A DNA stretch of 28,188 bases. It comes from a bacterium. Lineage in GTDB: Bacteria > SZUA-182 > DTGQ01. Positions 1 to 9,850 of this stretch are shown here, piece by piece (within the stretch, counting starts at the first letter, position 1; each line of letters begins with the position of its first letter). The notes under the pieces are model-generated. The model saw only the letters and a program-made list of their open reading frames with translations. It did not search any database and was not told the DNA's origin. Where the stretch lies: positions 1 through 28,188 of the forward strand of contig JBFMGO010000082.1 of NCBI GenBank assembly GCA_040752695.1, read 5' to 3'. The position numbers and the translations under genes were made by a program.

Positions 1-212
1 AGATTAGAAGTTAAGTCTTTTTTTCCGGATATAAAAAGATATCGAACGCAGTATGTCAGGGGAGGACTGCCAAAGGTCAAAGAAATTCGCAATGGCAGGG
101 TCCCGCTGATTCCATTGTCAACCGTTTCCCCGAAGTATAGAGCCGCATCAATCCGGATACCTGGTATGTTTGACGAAAAGCCACACCTTTCATCGAAAGG
201 AAGGTGCCCCTC

Positions 213-2951
213 ATGATAGCGCTTCAAAAAATCGATTGGAGATCTCAACTCACTGCTCTCTGGGGGGACCTCGTTCTTATGGGTAGTCCTGTGGATGCTT
301 ATCGTTCCGGTGCACATCGTGGATGCGCAGGATGTCTGTCAGTGCGTCACCTGCGGACAAATCCCTGTGCCTGGGACGAGCCAGTGGAATTCGCAGGCTG
401 AAAATGTGTGCAGCAGGGGAGTTGCTGCCGGATATACCGCCCGAATTGATTCCGCCAGCCAACCTCGAATCGCTTCCGCTCGCGGAGAAAAACGCATACG
501 CTCTCACAGTGAAGAAGTTCCTCGTAGAGAGAAAATACCACGAATGGATCGGTGATGCGCACTTGCGCTTCACAGGAGACAACTCGGGTTGTCCGGTTGA
601 CGGGATACTGGGCAACGGCACGCATAACCTTATCCGGATATGGTATTCGAAGCCCGTGATCAAGTGGATGTGCAGTGGACGGCAGGGCGAGTTGCCCGAC
701 GGAGCCATGATTGTCAAAGAGGAGTGGATCACCAATGAGCAGAGCAGGCTTATTATCGACCTCTCTACCTATGACCTGAATACCGGAGCCTATAAGAAGG
801 GCGCTCCGCAGGATCTTGTCGACGCGCCCCTCGTGGTGCCTATGATCAAGCGGAAGAGCAATTCTTACGATGGCTGGTATTGGGCCGCCATGGACGCCTT
901 CACAGTCGGCAATCCGCCCCTGACAGACCGTTCTGCGTTCGTAACCAACCCGCCGGTAAATCCTACGCAGCCAGACCCCGCCTGGTATCCGACAGGGCCC
1001 AATGGGGTTCAATCCAACGTTGTGTATCCCAGTAACGGGTTTGGCCAGTATTGTGTGAACTGTCACTCTATGGCGGTCTCCGAAGCCACTTTCTCGGATA
1101 TCAGCAACATCCTGGGTAACGAGATCGTCTACAATTGGCTTGGGTTCGGCAATGCACCGGGCGGCTGCAAATATCTTGATGACGTCGGCCATCCGCGCAC
1201 CCCTACGGGAATGAGCTGTCCAAATCCCTTTCCGAGACCTCTGACGAATCCGAATCCGAAGTTTCTCGAAACCTTTCCTGAACTGGGTCCGGTGCCTTTT
1301 CAGCAAAATGTATCAGCAGCGCTACCCGGCAGAGACCTATGACCGCGTCGTGGTCGGTGCAAACGGTCCTGAGGAGTTCGTTACCATGGACCAGTGTGTC
1401 GGTTGCCATGAAGCCAACCAGCCCAATAACATCACGTACTTGACGAATATGCTCCTGATACCCGGCCCCAACCTTGACAGTCCGGAGTACGACCTGGCAC
1501 CCGATGCGGAGTGGCGCTGGTCGCCTTTGGGACTTGGCGGCAGGGATGTCGTCTTTCTTGCCCAGCTCGAAAGCGAGCTCAACATAGCAGACCGGCAGCC
1601 CGGCCTGGCACCAAGGGAGGCCTGCATTCAGACCCTCTGCCTGAGTTGTCATGGTGCGGCAGGACAGAAGCAACTCGCCATAGACACCGCGGGTCAGGGA
1701 CCGCCCTATGCATTGTGCAACCCGCTTCTCCCTCCGAGCCTGCGCGGTGATCCAACACAAAACGGCCCCGTTCCTTACACCCGCGACCTGTTGACGTTAT
1801 GGGACGGCAGCGCTGGCGATCCTGCCAATTTCAAGTACGGGGCACTGGGCAGGGAGGGGGGTACCTGTACGATATGCCACCATGCTACCAGCGAGGGACT
1901 GGGTACCTCTGAATCCTTCACGGGCAACCTCAAGTTCGGACCTGCAAACAACGTCTACGGCCCCTTTCCCAATCCAAAGCAGGTACCGATGCAACAGGCA
2001 ATCGGCACGACTCCGCTGGAAGCTCCGTGGGTCCTGGAGTCCGGTATTTGTGGATCGTGCCATGCGATTTATCTGCCGGTAGCGAACAATCAAGGGGAGG
2101 TAATTAAATTCGCCTTCGAGCAGACGACCTATCTCGAATGGCTGAACAGTGACTATGCGTACGGGCCAAACAGTCAGGCGAGCGCCTACGGCCCCAAGAG
2201 CTGCCAGTTCTGTCACATGCGCACTTCATTTTACCGGAACGGTCAGCCGTGCATTTATCGAGTTTCGCGTGCTCGATGCTGAAGGGAAAACGCTGTGGGT
2301 GTAATCCTGGACGGTGCGACCGGCCAGCCGCTGGACACGGAGTTTCTTTTGCCGAAAAAACCCTGGGGCAAGCCAAAGTACCAACAGCACTACCAGGTGG
2401 TTAAAAGACAGAACCAGGTACAAATCTATGAAGACCTGATCAAAGATTCGGACGGGAACTTTACCACCAGCTTTCTCCACCGCGTAACGAATGTCAAAGA
2501 CAACCGGCTGCGTGCTGTAGGCTGGAGAAGCAATGGCCCCTACGCAGACGAGACCATGCCGGAGGGATACGCCAGGTTTGACCAGGATTATACCGAGAGC
2601 CCCAATCAGGGGATCGACCAGATTATATATGAAGTGGATCTCCCGTGGTTCCAGCGGAACAAGATCCACCATGTAGAGGTGAAACTCTTCTATCAGAGTA
2701 CGCCACCTTCCTATTTGAGACAGCGTTTCGAGTTAGCCAGCGCGGGACCGAGGTCTCAGGACACGAATTTCTTCTATTATATGACGAGTCATCTGGACAC
2801 CAATGCACCTGACAGGTTCGGCGTGCCTTATCTCAAGGACTGGAAACTTCAGGTCGGAGCTGCACAGGTAAAGGAGATTTCACCCAAAAAACCGGATGGA
2901 ATTCACTTTTGGAAACTTCCTGAAAGGCTGATAAGATTTCGTTTTTGGTAA
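213..2951 (+). pseudogene. Secreted cytochrome P460-domain multiheme c-type cytochrome, split by frameshifts and probable internal deletions (pseudogene or sequencing/assembly errors)
   Basis: Purine-rich RBS (gaaaggaagg) before ATG 213. Joining frames gives a signal peptide (..GTSFLWVVLWMLIVPVHIVDA/Q), a P460-like domain (LPDGAMIVKE, MIKRK..DGWYWA, CVNCH; ORF 323-1342), five more CxxCH motifs (CVGCH, CLSCH, CTICH, CGSCH, CQFCH; ORF 1308-2282), a short piece RAFIEFRVLDAEGKTLWV (2248-2304) and a C-terminal part (QVQIYEDL, FTTSFL, KDNRL, LFYQSTPP; ORF 2295-2951). Confidence 0.8.
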
Positions 2952-3040
2952 CTTCACTGATGGAAATTCGGTTTTGAGAGGAGTGATACCAACTACACGG
3001 CGCATGAAATATGCAGCCAGATAGTACAATGCAGTTTTAG

Positions 3041-3063
3041 GCCGGCTGGAAGCCGGCTCTTTT
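3041..3063 (+). terminator. Probable intrinsic terminator
   Basis: gccggct-gga-agccggc stem followed by a T run, between the convergent cytochrome and sufB-like genes. Confidence 0.6.
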
Positions 3064-3223
3064 AAATAAAAAACCCACCAGGCTGAATGGCCGCAGAATT
3101 CCCGCTGCCTGTACTAAGCCCGCTGACCCCTTTTAGAAGAGGATGTTATTTATTTCCCCTTTCTTTCTAAAGGGTGGGAACGCGGCCGGTGGACATCAGG
3201 CTGCCGGGTGCCTGGTTAGTCTC

Positions 3224-4510
3224 TCACAGGAGGGTCTTCTCGCTCTCTTCTACAACCCGGTTCAATTCCGTTTGCAGTTCCTGCGGCAGGCCAACGATAT
3301 CGACGGTCAGGAATCCGCGGACAATAGCTGCAATGGCTTCAGCCTCCGGCAGCCCCCTGGCCATGAGGTAGTTAATCTCCTCCTGCGCAATTTTCCCTAC
3401 GGCAGCCTCATGGGACAGGTCTATCCCCGGCAGATGACCTTCCAGCTCCGGTATCGCCTCGATCATCCCCCCTCCCTCCAGAATCAGGCCGCGGCATTCA
3501 AGATGTGCCTTGATATTCTCGGCCTTCCCGACTAAGCGGCCGCGCGCGCGGATGGTTCCTCCCGCCGAAATAGCCCTGCTTACCACTTCGGCCCGGCTGC
3601 CGGTGGCTTCCAGAGAGACCCGCGAACCCACATCCAGCTCGGAGCCGCCGGGAGCCACCAGAATATTGTAATATCTGGCCAGGGCATCTTTTCCCTGCAA
3701 ATAGGTGACAGGGTACATCTGCAAAGACCGGATAGGCTTCATGGAGATATAGTTGGAGATAAAAATGCCGGAAGCTTCGACCACTGCCGCCGATCGAGGC
3801 CGGACATCCATATCCTCGGCCCAGTTGTGGATCATGGTAAAGGTCAATCGTGCTCCCTTTTTGACATAAAACTCGGAAATCCCGATGTGCAGCCCTTTTT
3901 TCATCCTGGAATGAGCAGCACAGCCGGTGATAACATCCAGTTCCGATCCTTCTTCAGCAATGATGATATTGTGCACGTTCTGCATCAGGTTATCCTGCTC
4001 TATATACATGCAGGCCTGGACCGGAAAAGTGGTTTTCCTATCCGGCAGCGCCCGGATAAAGTACCCGTGGTGGGGATGCAGATAGGCCCAGGCTGTATAT
4101 TTATCCTGATCCATGGGGACCATCTTCCACCAGTAATCCCGAAGCCAGGCATATTTATCCAGCGCATCGTCAATACTCAGGATTTCAACCCCATCCTGCC
4201 GGACCTGGCAATGAAGCACCGAGTGGTTCTTCTGTAAATATGTTCCCGACCTGCCTTTTTGCTCCATCACGATACCAGCGGACAGAACCTGCCTGGCCAA
4301 TTCCGGCGGCAGCCGCCGTAGATCACCTTCATAGGGTGCCTTCGGGGCAGTCAGCGAAAATTGCTCCAAATCGATATCCCGGCCATAGGGTGCTTTCTTG
4401 GTAAGAGCACTCCGTGCCCTCGCATCTTTCGAATCATTACGACGCGGGTCGTTATCTTTCGGATCATCGTCTCTCAACCCATCAACTCTCAAACCATACA
4501 TTGCACACAT
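3224..4510 (-). CDS. sufB: SufB/SufD-family Fe-S scaffold (SmsB-like)
   Basis: Motifs QNVHNIIIAEEGSEL, ITGC, LHIGISEFY, HLECRGLIL, IPEL, LSHEAAVGKIAQEEINYLMARGL..A..IVRGF. Overlaps the end of the sufC-like gene. Exact start uncertain. Confidence 0.9.
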   Translation of the reverse strand: MCAMYGLRVDGLRDDDPKDNDPRRNDSKDARARSALTKKAPYGRDIDLEQFSLTAPKAPYEGDLRRLPPELARQVLSAGIVMEQKGRSGTYLQKNHSVLHCQVRQDGVEILSIDDALDKYAWLRDYWWKMVPMDQDKYTAWAYLHPHHGYFIRALPDRKTTFPVQACMYIEQDNLMQNVHNIIIAEEGSELDVITGCAAHSRMKKGLHIGISEFYVKKGARLTFTMIHNWAEDMDVRPRSAAVVEASGIFISNYISMKPIRSLQMYPVTYLQGKDALARYYNILVAPGGSELDVGSRVSLEATGSRAEVVSRAISAGGTIRARGRLVGKAENIKAHLECRGLILEGGGMIEAIPELEGHLPGIDLSHEAAVGKIAQEEINYLMARGLPEAEAIAAIVRGFLTVDIVGLPQELQTELNRVVEESEKTLL

Positions 4511-5247
4511 TCCTCATATCCCACATCTTTGATGCAGCGCAAAATTTCCCGCGGGTTCCCCGTGCAGGCAATGGAGCCGTTCATCATCACGTGCCCCCTG
4601 TCCGCTTCCACGTAATCGAGGATATAACCGGTATGGGTAATGATCAGTCCTGCTATCTGACGCTCTTCGCGCACTTCTCGCCTGCACTTGGTTATATCCT
4701 GTGTCGGCCAGTTTCTTGAAAGCAACTGATTAATGGCTATGCCCGTCAGGGAAATGTTCTCCAGGTCCACGCCTGACTCCGGCTCATCCAGGAGGACCAG
4801 TAAGGGGCTCTGGACCAGAAGCTGTAGCAACTCGGACCGTTTAATTTCTCCCCCTGAAAATCCCTGATTAATATCGCGTCCAAGAAGATCCTGAAAATTT
4901 AATTCGTTGATGAAAGGATCTATATCCTGGTGGCTGCGATTGCACAACTCCAGCATATGCCGGGTTTTTACTCCCTTGATGGTCGGAGGCCGCTGAAAGG
5001 AAAGTCCGATTCCCCTCTGAGCTCTCTCATAAACGGGAAGATCGGTAATATCTTCCCCCTTAAAGATAATTTTTCCTGCAATCACCTCATACTCAGGAAA
5101 TCCCATAATAGTCATCAACAGGGTGGTTTTCCCTGATCCATTGGGACCGAACAGGGCATGAACTTCTCCCATGGGTATATGCAGGTGAACACCTTTCAAT
5201 ATGGTCTTATTGAAAAGGCGAACACTCAGATTCTCGATGGCCAGCAT
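4489..5247 (-). CDS. sufC: SufC-family ABC ATPase (SmsC-like) with C-terminal CxxC
   Basis: Walker A GPNGSGKT, signature FSGGEIKRSE, Walker B LLDEPESGVD, IITHTGYIL, terminal GYEECVQC. Start reassigned to ATG 5247 (MLAIENLSV), preceded by GAGGA. Confidence 0.9.
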   Translation of the reverse strand: MLAIENLSVRLFNKTILKGVHLHIPMGEVHALFGPNGSGKTTLLMTIMGFPEYEVIAGKIIFKGEDITDLPVYERAQRGIGLSFQRPPTIKGVKTRHMLELCNRSHQDIDPFINELNFQDLLGRDINQGFSGGEIKRSELLQLLVQSPLLVLLDEPESGVDLENISLTGIAINQLLSRNWPTQDITKCRREVREERQIAGLIITHTGYILDYVEADRGHVMMNGSIACTGNPREILRCIKDVGYEECVQCMV

Positions 5248-5472
5248 GGTCGCTTTATCCTCATAGTATCCTCCCGGTATCTTCCGATTTTTTTCAACCT
5301 CTTTTGATCTCTCCCGATCTCCTTCGGCTCTCATATTTTCATACTGCCCCGCGCTCCTCTGTTCCCGCATAAGGTCATATTCTCATCTCGATCGGTAACT
5401 TATGCATAATTCCTTGTCGTGAAAAAACCTGGTTTCCCTGGAGTGGAGGCAGAAACGAAATCCCATAATGTG

Positions 5473-5502
5473 TTGACAAATCTGCCGATTTTTCGCTATA
5501 TT
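5473..5502 (+). promoter_or_regulatory. Candidate sigma70 promoter toward the kinase gene
   Basis: TTGACA-18 bp-TATATT. Confidence 0.45.
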
Positions 5503-5754
5503 TGTTCATGGAGGAAGTGAAGTTTTATCATGAGATTATCCCAAAATACCTCTTTGGGGATGGGCTCATTTATCATATGGGAAAGGTACCCGAATTTGAA
5601 AATTGGCTCTTTTTTCATGATTAAACATGATATATAATCAATTTAAGTAGTTGGGTTTTTCTTTAATATTTTTATTAATCATTATATATATAAATGAAGT
5701 CTATGGAATTAATCTAAATTTATTTTCCGATGTAGATAAATTTCATATAAGCTC

Positions 5755-8697
5755 ATGGAAGGCCAAATGAGAAAGCTGGGAATAGATATTATCCAGGAAG
5801 CTCCCTGGGGCACACATTTATGCCAATTCTATCAGACGAAGGAAGATCTTATTGATATATTGGTACCGTATTTCAAGACCGGCTTGGAAGCCAATGAATT
5901 CTGCATGTGGATAACTTCAGAACCTCTAAAAAGAGAAGATGCCAGAAATTCACTGATGAAGGCAGTTAAAAATTTAGATGATTATCTGAAAAAAGGCCAG
6001 ATAGAAATTCTGGACTATAGTCAGTGGTACCTCGATTCTTCAGGAAAATTTGAGTCCGATAGAGTATTGCGGGCGTGGATTGAAAAGGAAAATCAAGCCC
6101 TGAGGAAGGGATTCGATGGGCTTCGTCTTACCGGAAATACTTTTTGGCTTGAGGCAAAGGATTGGAAAAGTTTCACCGACTATGAAGCGATCATAGACAG
6201 CAATATCGGCCTCTACAAGATGATTGCCCTTTGTACCTATTCCCTCAAAGAGTGTGGAGCATCTGAAATTTTGGATGTGATGAGCAATCATCAATATGCT
6301 CTTATCAGGCGGGGAGATACATGGAAGCTTATCCAAAACGTCGACAGGAGGCGAACGGAAAAAGAAATCAGGAATCTGGCCAGGTTTCCTTCGGAGAATC
6401 CGAATCCTGTACTTCGTGTCAGCAAGGATGGTGAAGTTCTCTATGCAAATGAGGCAAGCTTGCCAGTGTTGGCTGACTGGAGTATCAAGGTGGGGGGGGG
6501 TGTACCGGCCGACTGGTGCCGGTTGATCAAGGAATCTTTCTACTCCGGGCAGGGAAAGGTGGTCAAAGCATCCCGGATCGGGGACCAGATTTTTTTGTTT
6601 GATATCGTACCTGTGGCTGATTGCGGTTATCTAAATTTATATAGCAAGGATATTACCGAGCAAAAGCGTGCCGAAGAGGAATTAGAGAAACACCGGTTTC
6701 ATCTCGAGAAACTGGTAAAGAAGCGCACATCTGAACTTGAGACGGCGAACGAGAAACTTCAGGCAGAGAGTGCAAAGCTTGAATCGATACTTCAGCAAAT
6801 GCCGTCCGGGGTTATCATTGCTGAAGTGCCTACCGGAAGATTAATTCTTGGCAACGAGCAGGTGGCCAGGATTTTCCGGCATCCTTTTCTTCCATCCGCA
6901 AATATTGAAGAATACCGGGAATGGAAAGGTTTTCATCCTGAAGATGGCAGACCCTACCTGCCCCAGGAGTGGCCGTTGGCCCGTTCCGTGCTGTACGGAG
7001 AGGTAGTCACCGATGAGGAAGTTGATATCCTGCGGGGTGATGGCTCTTTTGGCACCATAAGCATCAACTCGGCTCCAATCTATAAGGGAGGCAAGATCAT
7101 TGCCTGTGCGGCTATTTTTAACGACATAACTGAGCGTAAACAAATCGAGGAAATGCGCTCCCGCCTGGCAGCTATCGTAGATTCTTCAGAGGATGCGATT
7201 ATCGGTATGACTCTGGAAGGCATTATCACCAGTTGGAACCACGGTGCTGAGAAAATATTCGGATATTCAGACAGGGAGGCCAGAGGCCGTTCGATTTCAT
7301 TTACCTTTCCTTCTGAGCGTCTCCATGAGTTTACGGAAATTCTCGAAAAGCTCAGGCAAGGTCAGGGCATAGGGCATTATGAAACGGTACATGTCAGAAA
7401 AGATGGTAAACGAATCATCATTAATCTTTCTTTATCGCCTATAAAAGACAGAACCGGCAAAATTATCGGCGTCTCATCGATTGAACGGGACATTACCGAA
7501 AGCAAGAGAATGGAAGAAGAATTACAGAAGATGCAAAAACTTGAATCTATCGGGGTTCTGGCCGGAGGAATTGCCCATGATTTCAGAAACCTCCTTACGG
7601 CTATTGTTGGCGGTCTTTCCCTGTTGAAACTGCATCTTGATCCAAAAGGCAATAATCTTACCCTTTTCAACCAGGCAGAAAAAGCGAGTCAGCAGGCTAC
7701 GGATCTGGCCCAGCAATTACTTACCTTTGCCAAGGGCGGAGCACCTGTCAAAAAATTTACCTCGATCTCCCGCATCGTGAAGGAAATAGGAGATTTCACC
7801 GTAAAAGGCTCCAAGACCAGGTGTACATTTTTTCTGCCTGAAGATCTGTGGCCGGTTGAAGCCGATGAGGGGCAGATCAGCCAGGCTGTCACTAACCTGA
7901 TTATCAATGGCAGACAGGCCATGCCTTGTGGCGGAATGATCAGCATATGCGCTGAAAACGTAACCCTGGGAGTCGAAAGTGGTTTGCCGGTGAAATGTGG
8001 AAAATACATAAAGATATCCGTAAAAGATCAGGGAACCGGAATTTCGAAAGAGAATCTCCCGCGAATCTTTGACCCCTATTTCACCACGAAGGAAACAGGG
8101 AGCGGCCTTGGACTGGCCACCACCTACTCTATTATTAAAAGACACGGCGGCTATATTACGGTAGAATCTCAAGAAGGAGCTGGAACAACCTTCCATATCT
8201 ACCTTCCCGCTTCGAAGCAAGAGATTTTTCAGGTGAAACATGTTGAAGAGGAGACATCCCTTTCGGGTGAGGGGAGAATACTGGTCATGGATGACCAGGA
8301 AAGTGTAAGAGATGCCATTGGCCAGATGCTTATGTATCTTGGCTACCAGGTTGTATTGACCGCGGGTGGTTCTGAAGCAGTTGAGCTTTACACAAAAGGG
8401 AAAGAAGCAGGGCTTCCCTTTGATGTTGTTATCCTGGATCTGACAGTGCCAGGTGGAATGGGAGGCATCGAAGCTGTAAAGATGCTCCATGAGGTAGATC
8501 ATGAAGTGAAAGCCATTGTATCAAGTGGCTATGCAAATGATCCTATTATGGCAGAGTATCAGCAATACGGCTTTTGCGGAGTGATTGTCAAGCCTTACAA
8601 TGTGAGAGACTTAGGCAAGATGCTGAAAAAAGTGTTTATGAAAAAGGGAAATATTTATAAAACTAAGTTTAAGGAGGGGGCAAGGTCAACGCAGTGA
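5755..8697 (+). CDS. Hybrid sensor histidine kinase/response regulator: MEDS, PAS domains, HisKA, HATPase, REC
   Basis: MEDS start PWGTHLCQFYQTKEDL..GLRLTGN; PAS motifs (ENPNPVLRV, SSEDAIIG..ITSWNHGAEKIFGY, DITERK); H-box LAGGIAHDFRN; G boxes DQGTGI, FDPYFTTK, GSGLGL; receiver ILVMDD..ILDLTVPGGMGG..SSGY..KPY. Confidence 0.92.
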   Translation: MEGQMRKLGIDIIQEAPWGTHLCQFYQTKEDLIDILVPYFKTGLEANEFCMWITSEPLKREDARNSLMKAVKNLDDYLKKGQIEILDYSQWYLDSSGKFESDRVLRAWIEKENQALRKGFDGLRLTGNTFWLEAKDWKSFTDYEAIIDSNIGLYKMIALCTYSLKECGASEILDVMSNHQYALIRRGDTWKLIQNVDRRRTEKEIRNLARFPSENPNPVLRVSKDGEVLYANEASLPVLADWSIKVGGGVPADWCRLIKESFYSGQGKVVKASRIGDQIFLFDIVPVADCGYLNLYSKDITEQKRAEEELEKHRFHLEKLVKKRTSELETANEKLQAESAKLESILQQMPSGVIIAEVPTGRLILGNEQVARIFRHPFLPSANIEEYREWKGFHPEDGRPYLPQEWPLARSVLYGEVVTDEEVDILRGDGSFGTISINSAPIYKGGKIIACAAIFNDITERKQIEEMRSRLAAIVDSSEDAIIGMTLEGIITSWNHGAEKIFGYSDREARGRSISFTFPSERLHEFTEILEKLRQGQGIGHYETVHVRKDGKRIIINLSLSPIKDRTGKIIGVSSIERDITESKRMEEELQKMQKLESIGVLAGGIAHDFRNLLTAIVGGLSLLKLHLDPKGNNLTLFNQAEKASQQATDLAQQLLTFAKGGAPVKKFTSISRIVKEIGDFTVKGSKTRCTFFLPEDLWPVEADEGQISQAVTNLIINGRQAMPCGGMISICAENVTLGVESGLPVKCGKYIKISVKDQGTGISKENLPRIFDPYFTTKETGSGLGLATTYSIIKRHGGYITVESQEGAGTTFHIYLPASKQEIFQVKHVEEETSLSGEGRILVMDDQESVRDAIGQMLMYLGYQVVLTAGGSEAVELYTKGKEAGLPFDVVILDLTVPGGMGGIEAVKMLHEVDHEVKAIVSSGYANDPIMAEYQQYGFCGVIVKPYNVRDLGKMLKKVFMKKGNIYKTKFKEGARSTQ

Positions 8698-8775
8698 CCC
8701 CTGCTTTTTTATTGCCCTCTGAGCAGTAAGAGAGCGGTTTTCAAAATCCAGGGGCTGACCCCATTTCTCTTGCAT

Positions 8776-9837
8776 ATGATTGAAATTGATGGTGCCACAA
8801 AATCAGGAAGCGGAACGATCCTGCGATACACGGTAAGTCTTGCCTCCCTTTTGGGAGAAGACCTTCACCTGATCAATATCAGGGCCAGGCGGGACAAGCC
8901 AGGACTGCGTCCGCAGCACCTTTCCGCCCTTCTTGCCTGCTGTGAGATGACCGGCGGAGCAGTGGAAGGAGCGCAGGTCGGTTCCAGGGAAATTTTCTAT
9001 CATCCCGGCTCCTCTGAGATACAAAAGCAAAATTTCTTCTGGGATATCGGCACTGCCGGATCGACCACCATGATGGCCTTCAGCATTCTTCCCTTAGCCA
9101 TATTCTCCCGCACATCTCACAGCTTTACCATCAGCGGCGGGCTGTTCCAGGATTTTGCTCCCAGTGCCTATCACCTGGAACATGTTCTTCTCCCCTCATT
9201 GGCCAGAATGGGAGTAAGGGCGGAGCTGAAAATCGTGCAGCCGGGGTATGTACCCCAGGGTCAGGGGAAGCTTGAACTCGTCACCCATCCTGCGGACTGC
9301 GCTACGTCTTCAGGGATTTGCCTTCAAGGTACATCCTGCCTTGATCAGGGCAGTATCCAGCGAATGTGGGGCATTTCCCTCTCCTCTCATCTTGATCAAC
9401 AGAAGGTCAGCGGGCGCATGGCCGAAACCTGCCTAAAGCTGCTGCGAAAAGCCGGGTTTGAAGCCCGATTCGACCTGATTGAGGATACCTCGGCGGTCCA
9501 GAAAGGTGCTGCCCTCTTTCTTTCGGCCCATACCCGGACCGGCTGCATCTTCGGTGCGGATATGGCGGGCAGGATCGGGAGAAGAGCGGAGCATATCGGT
9601 GACCAGGTTGCCCGGATGCTCCTGGAGGACCTTCGGTCCGGAGCCACGGTTGACCGGCACCTGGCCGATCAATTGATTCTCTTTGCCGGTTTGGCCAAAG
9701 GGGTCACCGAATATGTCATCCCCCGCATGACTGAGCATGTGGAAACGAATCTATGGCTGGTTCGAAAAATTCTTGGAGCCAAAACCTTTCAGGAGGGCAG
9801 GAAAGTCCGGGTGGAAGGGATCGGCTTTTTGAGGTAA
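8776..9837 (+). CDS. rtcA: RNA 3'-terminal phosphate cyclase (divergent RtcA)
   Basis: IEIDG..G.ILR, NIRARRDKPGLRPQHL, DIGTAGS, RAEHIG, VDRHLADQL and TEHVETN (His nucleophile position). ATG 8776 preferred over TTG 8770. Confidence 0.9.
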   Translation: MIEIDGATKSGSGTILRYTVSLASLLGEDLHLINIRARRDKPGLRPQHLSALLACCEMTGGAVEGAQVGSREIFYHPGSSEIQKQNFFWDIGTAGSTTMMAFSILPLAIFSRTSHSFTISGGLFQDFAPSAYHLEHVLLPSLARMGVRAELKIVQPGYVPQGQGKLELVTHPADCATSSGICLQGTSCLDQGSIQRMWGISLSSHLDQQKVSGRMAETCLKLLRKAGFEARFDLIEDTSAVQKGAALFLSAHTRTGCIFGADMAGRIGRRAEHIGDQVARMLLEDLRSGATVDRHLADQLILFAGLAKGVTEYVIPRMTEHVETNLWLVRKILGAKTFQEGRKVRVEGIGFLR

Positions 9838-9850
9838 CCTTGATCTCGAC

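Noticed and set aside
347..1306. 319-aa minus-strand ORF and many other antisense or nested ORFs (e.g. 11199-12146, 7717-8502, 21297-22001)
   Set aside because: Shadows of well-supported genes, with no recognisable motifs.
2280..2304. Selenocysteine or stop-codon read-through joining the cytochrome ORFs at TGA 2280-2282
   Set aside because: The conserved-looking peptide there (RAFIEFRVLD) is in a different frame, so indels explain the break better; no SECIS-like hairpin recognised.
5248..5370. N-terminal extension of SufC in the ORF track (likewise 13563-13694 and 19420-19488)
   Set aside because: Downstream ATGs have better RBS or signal-peptide context.
5529..5618. 29-aa ORF after a GGAGG, with a hairpin
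   Set aside because: RBS spacing is long and the peptide is featureless; no support.
8676..8762. ggggcaa..ttgcccc / ggtca..tgacc hairpin and ggggctgacccc word before rtcA
   Set aside because: Imperfect, overlaps the kinase stop; cannot tell terminator from REP-like element or chance.
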